Shown piece after piece: positions 26,567 to 33,307 of a DNA stretch of 33,307 nt. Under the pieces are notes generated by a model. It searched no databases, was not told the origin of the DNA, and saw only the letters and a list, made by a program, of their open reading frames with translations. The stretch spans positions 1 to 33,307 of the forward strand of contig JBFFSH010000024.1 in NCBI GenBank assembly GCA_041572575.1. Direction: 5' to 3'. This stretch comes from Thermodesulfobacteriota bacterium. Its GTDB lineage: Bacteria > Desulfobacterota_D > UBA1144 > Nemesobacterales > N074bin48. Each line of letters starts with the position of its first letter. The stretch's first letter is position 1. Position numbers and translations under genes: made by a program.

Positions 26567-27691
26567 TTGAAGGGAATAAAGAATATCTACAATCTTGGGA
26601 AAAAAGAATTTTTAAGCCTTCGTAATGACAAGGTCTTGATATTCCTCATAATTTACGGTTTCACATTCGTGATTTATTCATCTGCACAGGACGATAATAT
26701 GGAGCTAAGGAATGCTTCAATTGCCATTGTAGATGAAGACAGATCACAGCTATCAAGCCGTATATATGATGCATTTCCAGAACCGTTCTTTCTTACACCT
26801 GAATCCCTTGATATCAATAAAATAGATTCTGCTATGGATTCAGGCAAATTCACTTTTATAGTTGATATACCGGATGGTTTTGAGTCAGATGTTATTTCGG
26901 GACGCAGCCCCATCATTCAGGTTAATGTAGATGCAACTGCAATGAGTCAGGCAGGAAACGGGTCGGGATACATAAGCCGGATACTTGCAGATGAAGTAAC
27001 CGAGTACCTAAAAGGCTACAAATACTCCGCAGCACAACCCGCGGGGGTGGTTATAAGAATAAAGTTTAATCCAAACCTGACAGGAAGCTGGTTTATGAGC
27101 ATAATGGAAATGATAAATGTGGCTACCATGCTTGCAATACTTTTCACAGGCGCTGCAATTATTAGAGAAAGAGAGCATGGAACTATAGATCACCTGCTGG
27201 TCATGCCACTTACACCACTTGAAATTATGACTGCAAAGTTTTGGGCAAATGGTCTTGTAATTGTTTTGGCCATGCTCTTCTCTCTTACATTTGTTGTTAC
27301 GCTAGCGTTACAGGTTCATATACAGGGCTCTGTCCCGCTGTTTATTGCCGGAACCGCGCTATATCTTTTCTCAATGACTTCCATTGGAATATTTATTGCA
27401 ACCATATCTCGCTCCATGCCGCAGTTAGGCCTGCTATGTATACTGGTAATCTTTCCGATGCTTACACTTTCGGGCGGCTATACGCCACTTGACAGTATGC
27501 CGAAAATTATCGAGATAATAACCACATTGTCTCCTACAAGACACTTTGTAAGTTATGCCCAGGCTGTATTGTTTCGTGATGCGGGACTGCTAATTGTATG
27601 GAAAGAGTTTGTGATTGTAGCTGTAATCGGACTTGCTTTTTTTATTGGCTCTTTAATGAGATTTCGAAAGACCATTACAATGGCACAGTAA
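26567..27691 (+). CDS. yhhJ: ABC-2 type permease (YhhJ-like)
   Basis: IAIVDEDRSQLS, VDATAMSQAG, REREHGTIDHLLVMP and RSMPQLGLL; TTG start 1 nt after the rbbA stop. Confidence 0.9.
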   Translation: MKGIKNIYNLGKKEFLSLRNDKVLIFLIIYGFTFVIYSSAQDDNMELRNASIAIVDEDRSQLSSRIYDAFPEPFFLTPESLDINKIDSAMDSGKFTFIVDIPDGFESDVISGRSPIIQVNVDATAMSQAGNGSGYISRILADEVTEYLKGYKYSAAQPAGVVIRIKFNPNLTGSWFMSIMEMINVATMLAILFTGAAIIREREHGTIDHLLVMPLTPLEIMTAKFWANGLVIVLAMLFSLTFVVTLALQVHIQGSVPLFIAGTALYLFSMTSIGIFIATISRSMPQLGLLCILVIFPMLTLSGGYTPLDSMPKIIEIITTLSPTRHFVSYAQAVLFRDAGLLIVWKEFVIVAVIGLAFFIGSLMRFRKTITMAQ

Positions 27692-27740
27692 TAATGATTT
27701 ACTTGTAAAGATTAACACAATCAATTGATTAACTTTGTAA

Positions 27741-28961
27741 CTATAAGGATTTTAACTGAAACCGGATTTCAAAAGAGTTAAATAAATCGAGGTATTGTTC
27801 TAGCAGTCTGGGCATTAAAAAATTATTTTTAACGCTTTCTCTGGCTTTGCTGCCCATTTGTTTTCTCAGTTCCTTATCTTTTAGTAACTGTACGATTCTG
27901 TCTGCAGTTTGCTGCACAGAAGAGACCAAAAAGCCATTTTCACCATCTTTTATTTGATATCGGATACCTCCCACATTCCCTCCGATAACCGGGGTTCCTT
28001 TCCACATGGCTTCGGTTACCGTCAAGCCAAAGCCTTCGCGTAAAGATTTTTGAATAACAACCTCTGCTCTGCTCTGAAGGGCATTAACCAATGCTGTATC
28101 CTGACGCGAAAGAATGATTATCCGGTCCTCTTTTGAACTTATAACAGATTCATAAATCTGCTGTCCTTCGGGATCGTCTGTTGCCACGTTGCCCAGTAAA
28201 ACAAGAGTGCAGTCAACTTCTTTTCTCGCTATTTTAAAAGCTTCAATAACCCCATCGGGGTCCTTCCATCTGTCAAATCGTGAAATTTGCACAACCAGAG
28301 GAAGGTCGGTTGGTATACCATAATGCTCCATTCGTTCATCAATCTCTTTGTTGCTCAATTTCTTGTTTTTAATACTAAAAGGATCGATGGCAGGCATAAA
28401 GAAAACCTGTGGAGTTTTAAGTGTCTTTTTATATTCTTTTAACGTGAGAATTACCGCATCATACTTTTCTATATATGGAACCATATAGTTCCACAACCTT
28501 TTATTAGGACAGCTAAGATCAAGATGGCAGCGCCAGACCCAGGGACAGTGTTTTTTATAGTGATTTATCATCCCCAAAGGTTGGGGATCATGGATGATTA
28601 CCAGGTCGTGATTTAAGTGATTTCTGAGAGAGTTTTCATATATAACGCTTTCATATATATCTGTTTTGCGTCTGCTCAGATTTAGCTTTTCGCCTTGAAG
28701 TGCATTATGAACTTTTTTTGTAATACTGAAAAAATCAGGTGAGCCCTGTATAACTCTCCATTCTGTTTTAATCCCTACACTGTTCATGAGCAGTGTGAGA
28801 GACGACAGTATTTCGGCAACACCACCACCATAATAAGTTGAATTTATATGAGCAACGTCGAAGTCTTTTAACTTTTCTGCCTTTTTGCTTATGCGGTCAA
28901 CCGTATGAGCACCTACCAGTTTTTCATAATTCACTAGTTTAACTATTTCATATCCTGTCAT
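27741..28961 (-). CDS. treT: Trehalose synthase (TreT-like GT4 glycosyltransferase)
   Basis: HINSTYYGGGVAEIL, HDPQP, WRCHLD, QISRFDRWKDP and EGFGLTVTEAMWK. Confidence 0.85.
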   Translation of the reverse strand: MTGYEIVKLVNYEKLVGAHTVDRISKKAEKLKDFDVAHINSTYYGGGVAEILSSLTLLMNSVGIKTEWRVIQGSPDFFSITKKVHNALQGEKLNLSRRKTDIYESVIYENSLRNHLNHDLVIIHDPQPLGMINHYKKHCPWVWRCHLDLSCPNKRLWNYMVPYIEKYDAVILTLKEYKKTLKTPQVFFMPAIDPFSIKNKKLSNKEIDERMEHYGIPTDLPLVVQISRFDRWKDPDGVIEAFKIARKEVDCTLVLLGNVATDDPEGQQIYESVISSKEDRIIILSRQDTALVNALQSRAEVVIQKSLREGFGLTVTEAMWKGTPVIGGNVGGIRYQIKDGENGFLVSSVQQTADRIVQLLKDKELRKQMGSKARESVKNNFLMPRLLEQYLDLFNSFEIRFQLKSL

Positions 28962-29010
28962 AATGTTTTGCCTCTATACAAATATATTATAAACGCTTTT
29001 ATCTCTGTGT

Positions 29011-31725
29011 TTACATTACATCTTTACTATGAAGCCTCCACTTAATCATTTTATATATCTCAAAAACAATAAAAACAGGAACAGCAAATATCAATATCAG
29101 GCCCCAATCATAAAGGCTAAGTGGAACTGTATGAAGTGCATCCTGTAAGAAAGGCAGATACACAGCACACACCTGTAGACCTATCATTCCAAAGAGCGCA
29201 GCAAGTATCCACGGATTAGTTAAATAACCTACATTGAAAAGCGGGGCTCTTAGAGCGCGAAAGTTCAGCACATTAATTTTTTCCAGGATAATAAGACCAG
29301 TAAAGGCTACGGTTTGCGCTTTTATGACTAATAGCTGATCTTTACTGTATAGATAATAATAGAATAGAAGTAATGTCACGATTCCCATATACGATCCCAA
29401 CACCAGAATTTTAATGATTCCGGGTCGGTTTAGAATTGGTTCTTTGGTATTTCTGGGTGGACGCTGCATTATGCCTTTCTCTGCAGGCTCCAAACCAAGG
29501 GCAACCGCGGTTACCCCGTCGGTTATTAAATTCATCCATAAAATCTGAACGGGTAGTAAAATAAGTGGCCCGCCTATAATAATATTTATAAATATTGCAA
29601 CAACCTCTCCCGTGTTTGATGAAAGCAGATATCTTACAAATTTCTGGATGCTATCATACTGTCGTCTGCCCTCTTCGACCGCTCCTATGATAGATGCAAA
29701 GTTATCATCAGTTAATATAATATCTGATGCGCCCTTTGCCACCTCAGTACCCCTTAGTCCCATGGCGATTCCTATATCCGCCTTCTTTAGAGCAGGTGCA
29801 TCGTTTACTCCGTCTCCTGTCATGCCTACAACATGCCCCATATCCTGGAGCATATTAACGATTCTAAGCTTATCTTCGGGAGTCGTACGAGCGAATAAAA
29901 CCTCCCGAGATAAAACATTCTGTAGAGCCTGGTCATCCATTGTTGAAAGCTCCTCGCCGTTTATGGCTCTGTTTACTTTCATGCCGATCATTTTTGCGAT
30001 AGCAAGTGCAGTGGCAGGGGCGTCTCCTGTTATCATGATATTTTTTATTCCCGCACTATGAGCAAGCTTAATTGCATTTGGCACCTCTGCTCGCGGTGGG
30101 TCTATTATTCCGACTATTCCGATTAGTGTAAGTTCACACTCTACGTTTTGCTCGTCTAGTTCAGATTCCTTTGGAATTTTACGTCTGGCTATTGCAAGGG
30201 TGCGCAGACCCATCTCTGCATATTTTTTATAAGCATTGTTGATATTTATCAAATCGTTTCTGCTCAATATCCTTTCTGTATCTTTGTCAAGCACCTTAGA
30301 GCTTCTTTTGATTATTACTTCAGGAGCTCCTTTAACGTAAGCAACCAAGGAGTCAGGTAATTGTTCGACCACTGTCATTCTCTTTCTGGTAGAGTTAAAT
30401 GAGAACTCACTTATAAATTCCCTGTTGTTATCAGGATGCAATCCAGCTTTATTTGCTGCAACAACAAGGGCTGATTCTGTAGGCTCTCCAATCGCATACC
30501 AATAGTCTCCGTCGCGGGCTATACCGGAATGGTTACATTTAAGGCCAGCCTCCAGTAATGCCATGAGATCATAAAGCTTGCCTGGCTCAATCACTGACCC
30601 ATCTTTTTGAAAACCCCCCTCTGGTTTATAGCCTATCCCTCCCACATTAATCTCACCGCTTAGAAGCCATATCTTTTGTACAGTCATTTGGTTTTGGGTT
30701 AAAGTGCCTGTCTTGTCCGTACAGATAACAGTAGCAGAACCAAGCGTTTCACCAGCCTGCAGTCGGCGCAGAAGTGCTCTGCGTCTGACCATAGAGCGTA
30801 TTCCCAGAGCTAGTGTTACGGTGACAACCGCAGGAAGTCCTTCAGGTACTATTGCTACCGCAAGTGCAACACCTGTAAAAAACATATTGAACAACTCTTT
30901 TCCCAAAATAAGTCCTGAAGCTGCCACCAAAACAGAAATGATAATGGCTATTGCTCCAAGCTGTTTTCCCAGTATGCCAAGCTTGTTCTGCAGAGGGGTC
31001 TTTTCTCGTTTAATCGTCTCTGTAAGCTTTGCGATACGACCAAACTCGGTCTGCATACCTGTTGCTATAACCACACACCTGGCCCGGCCGTTTGTAACTG
31101 TAGTACCCATCCATGTAATTGATCCTCGCTCCGAAAGCGGAGCCTTTTCTAAAACGGGTTTGCTAGTTTTGCTGACAGACACTGATTCACCAGTGAGAAT
31201 GGATTCATCGGTCTTAAGATTAAGCTCTTCTATTATTCTTAGATCAGCAGGAACCCTGTCTCCTGTCTCTAACTGCACTATGTCTCCAGGCACCAAATAT
31301 TTTGCCTCAATGGTGTTTATAGCACCGCCCCTTACAACATTGCAGACAGGTTCCATCATTCTTTGAAGTGCTTCTATGGCTTTTTCTGCTTTCCATTCCT
31401 GAACAAATCCCAAAATGCCATTGAGGGCCACAATTATAGTAATAGTAATTGCGTCGCTTATTTCACCAACAACTACTGAAACGACAGCCGCAATGGTAAG
31501 AATTAGAATAAGAACGTCTTTGAACTGCCTTGCCAAAACCATGTGCCAGGTCTGCTTGCTCACAGAGCGTATCAGGTTCTCTCCGTATTTGGATAGTCTT
31601 TTACGGGCCTCATCAGAGTCCAGGCCATTTTGCAAATCTGTATTTAATAAGGCGATTGATGTGTGTGCATCCTGGGTATGCCAGGAGGTGGTGTTAGGGC
31701 TTTTACCAGCAGTATTATTTTCCAT
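29011..31725 (-). CDS. P-type cation-transporting ATPase (P2A-like, CtpF/PacL type)
   Basis: TGES, VPEGLP, DKTGTLT, KGAPE, MTGDGVNDAPALK and QILWMNL.TDG. Confidence 0.95.
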   Translation of the reverse strand: MENNTAGKSPNTTSWHTQDAHTSIALLNTDLQNGLDSDEARKRLSKYGENLIRSVSKQTWHMVLARQFKDVLILILTIAAVVSVVVGEISDAITITIIVALNGILGFVQEWKAEKAIEALQRMMEPVCNVVRGGAINTIEAKYLVPGDIVQLETGDRVPADLRIIEELNLKTDESILTGESVSVSKTSKPVLEKAPLSERGSITWMGTTVTNGRARCVVIATGMQTEFGRIAKLTETIKREKTPLQNKLGILGKQLGAIAIIISVLVAASGLILGKELFNMFFTGVALAVAIVPEGLPAVVTVTLALGIRSMVRRRALLRRLQAGETLGSATVICTDKTGTLTQNQMTVQKIWLLSGEINVGGIGYKPEGGFQKDGSVIEPGKLYDLMALLEAGLKCNHSGIARDGDYWYAIGEPTESALVVAANKAGLHPDNNREFISEFSFNSTRKRMTVVEQLPDSLVAYVKGAPEVIIKRSSKVLDKDTERILSRNDLININNAYKKYAEMGLRTLAIARRKIPKESELDEQNVECELTLIGIVGIIDPPRAEVPNAIKLAHSAGIKNIMITGDAPATALAIAKMIGMKVNRAINGEELSTMDDQALQNVLSREVLFARTTPEDKLRIVNMLQDMGHVVGMTGDGVNDAPALKKADIGIAMGLRGTEVAKGASDIILTDDNFASIIGAVEEGRRQYDSIQKFVRYLLSSNTGEVVAIFINIIIGGPLILLPVQILWMNLITDGVTAVALGLEPAEKGIMQRPPRNTKEPILNRPGIIKILVLGSYMGIVTLLLFYYYLYSKDQLLVIKAQTVAFTGLIILEKINVLNFRALRAPLFNVGYLTNPWILAALFGMIGLQVCAVYLPFLQDALHTVPLSLYDWGLILIFAVPVFIVFEIYKMIKWRLHSKDVM

Positions 31726-31812
31726 CAGGTAATTAATATGGTGGCCAGTTGGTCTTATCTATTAATAAATTTCCATAATATATATAACATACTCAAAAAT
31801 TAGCCGCATTTA

Positions 31813-33306
31813 TTACCTCAAATTCTCTTCCAGTTCTAAAATATCGAGTGTAGTTTTAATTACTGTATCAGGATTAAGTGAGATCGATTCTATTCCCTCA
31901 TTCACTAAAAACCTTGCAAACTCGGGATAATCACTCGGGGCCTGCCCGCAAATACCAATATGGCTTTTATTTTTCTTTGCCGCTTTTATTGCCATAGATA
32001 TAAATTTCATAACTCCCGAATCCCTTTCATCAAAAACGTGTGCGATTATCTCTGAGTCACGATCGACTCCAAGGGTAAGCTGCGTAAGGTCATTAGACCC
32101 AATCGAAAAGCCGTCAAACAGCGCGCTAAACTCGTCTGCTAAGAGTATATTGTTTGGAATCTCACACATCACATAAACCTGCAGACCCTTGTCCCCTCGC
32201 TTGAGTCCGTTTTTCTCCATTTCATTCAGTACTTTCTCTGCCTCTTCGAGTCTCCTGCAAAACGGGATCATGATAATAAGATTATCGAGCCCCATAACCT
32301 CTCTCACTTTTTTCATTGCTGCACATTCGAGTGCAAATCCCTCACGGTATCTGTTGTCATAGTAGCGCGATGCTCCCCTGAATCCTATCATCGGATTTTC
32401 TTCAGAAGGCTCGAAATACTGCCCTCCGATAAGATTTGCATATTCGTTTGTCTTAAAATCACTCATGCGAACTATTACAGGTTTTGGATAAAAAGCAGCC
32501 GCTATAGTGCCCACACCATATGCTAACTTCTCAACAAAATAATCCTCTTTTTTTTCATAACCATAAGTGAGACTATCAATCTGTTTTCTTACAGATGAAT
32601 CAGACACTTTTTTATAATGAACAAGAGCCATGGGATGAATTTTTATATAGCTGTTTATAATGAACTCCATTCGTGCAAGACCTACTCCATCGTTTGGTAT
32701 CATAGAGGTAGAAAAAGCTATGTCGGGGTTTGCAAGATTAATCATTATCTTGGTTTTTGGTCTTTTTATATCCTTTAATTCAACGCTGTCTATATGAAAC
32801 GGCAAAATACCATCATATACAAATCCTTCGTCTCCTTCTGCGCAGCTAACTGTAACCTGTTTTCCGGCTTTTATTTTCTCGGTGCCGTCCAATGTGCCGA
32901 CTACAGCCGGGATTCCGAGTTCACGGCTTACTATTGCAGCATGGCAGGTTCGCCCCCCTCTGTTTGTGACAATTGCAGAAGCTGTTTTCATGACAGGCTC
33001 CCAATCAGGAGTGGTAGTGTTTGAAACAAGCACTTCCCCCTTTTTAAATGAGTGCAGTTGTTCAGTACTTTCTACTATCCGTGTTTTACCCGAGGCTATT
33101 TTCTCTCCCACACTTTTTCCCTTAGCCAATAAACTGCTCTTTGTGTCCAGATAATATGTCTGCAGCACTTCCTGTGATTTTTGGGATTGTACTGTTTCTG
33201 GTCGGGACTGCACAACGAAAAGTTCTCCTGTGAGGCCGTCCTTTGCCCACTCTATATCTTTATGCTGAGGTTTGCCCGCTCTCTTTGAGTAGTGATCTTC
33301 AATAAC
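31813..33306 (-). CDS. ppsA: Phosphoenolpyruvate synthase, N-terminus outside the window
   Basis: The frame is open to the window end (VIEDHYS...DIEWAKDG...VQSRPETV). Phospho-His motif GGRTCHAAI, SDFKTNEY, EENPMIGFRGASRY and GSNDLTQ. Confidence 0.97.
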   Translation of the reverse strand, partial: VIEDHYSKRAGKPQHKDIEWAKDGLTGELFVVQSRPETVQSQKSQEVLQTYYLDTKSSLLAKGKSVGEKIASGKTRIVESTEQLHSFKKGEVLVSNTTTPDWEPVMKTASAIVTNRGGRTCHAAIVSRELGIPAVVGTLDGTEKIKAGKQVTVSCAEGDEGFVYDGILPFHIDSVELKDIKRPKTKIMINLANPDIAFSTSMIPNDGVGLARMEFIINSYIKIHPMALVHYKKVSDSSVRKQIDSLTYGYEKKEDYFVEKLAYGVGTIAAAFYPKPVIVRMSDFKTNEYANLIGGQYFEPSEENPMIGFRGASRYYDNRYREGFALECAAMKKVREVMGLDNLIIMIPFCRRLEEAEKVLNEMEKNGLKRGDKGLQVYVMCEIPNNILLADEFSALFDGFSIGSNDLTQLTLGVDRDSEIIAHVFDERDSGVMKFISMAIKAAKKNKSHIGICGQAPSDYPEFARFLVNEGIESISLNPDTVIKTTLDILELEENLR

Positions 33307-33307
33307 A

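Noticed and set aside
27692..27740. AT-rich palindrome (AATCAATTGATT) between the convergent yhhJ and treT genes as a bidirectional terminator
   Set aside because: The stem is too AT-rich and irregular to call.
29612..31732. Long plus-strand ORFs of 149, 220 and 105 aa
   Set aside because: Antisense shadows of the P-type ATPase gene.
1..33307. CRISPR array, IS element, rRNA or phage structural genes
   Set aside because: I saw no regularly spaced repeats, transposase, terminal inverted repeats, rRNA or virion-protein motifs.

Overview
Bacterial chromosomal window with three parts. (1) 1-~4127 is the right-hand end of an AT-rich integrative element abutting the 3' end of a tRNA-His gene. It carries a probable winged-helix protein (partial), a small ORF, a SpoVG-like gene with an in-frame TGA (absent from the ORF track), a gpII/Rep_trans-like rolling-circle initiator, an XRE regulator and a large serine recombinase whose last codons lie inside the tRNA. 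(2) 4247-16372 (minus strand) has a near-consensus sigma70 promoter and a c-di-GMP-I riboswitch heading an ~11 kb operon I cannot match to a characterised pathway: a COG4671-type glycosyltransferase, three GT4s, an ABC exporter, a tandem APH-like kinase and an AMIN/AlgE-like porin fusion. PilZ and DUF488 genes follow. (3) 16714-33307 holds a thermolysin-like metalloprotease and a stress/dormancy-like cluster built around divergent sigma54 promoters. The cluster comprises an Rv2004c-like kinase, a lipoprotein, a DUF5335-like protein and ftsH-yhiI-rbbA-yhhJ, followed by convergent treT-like, P-type ATPase and partial ppsA genes. All family calls come from motif recognition by eye; no database searches were run.
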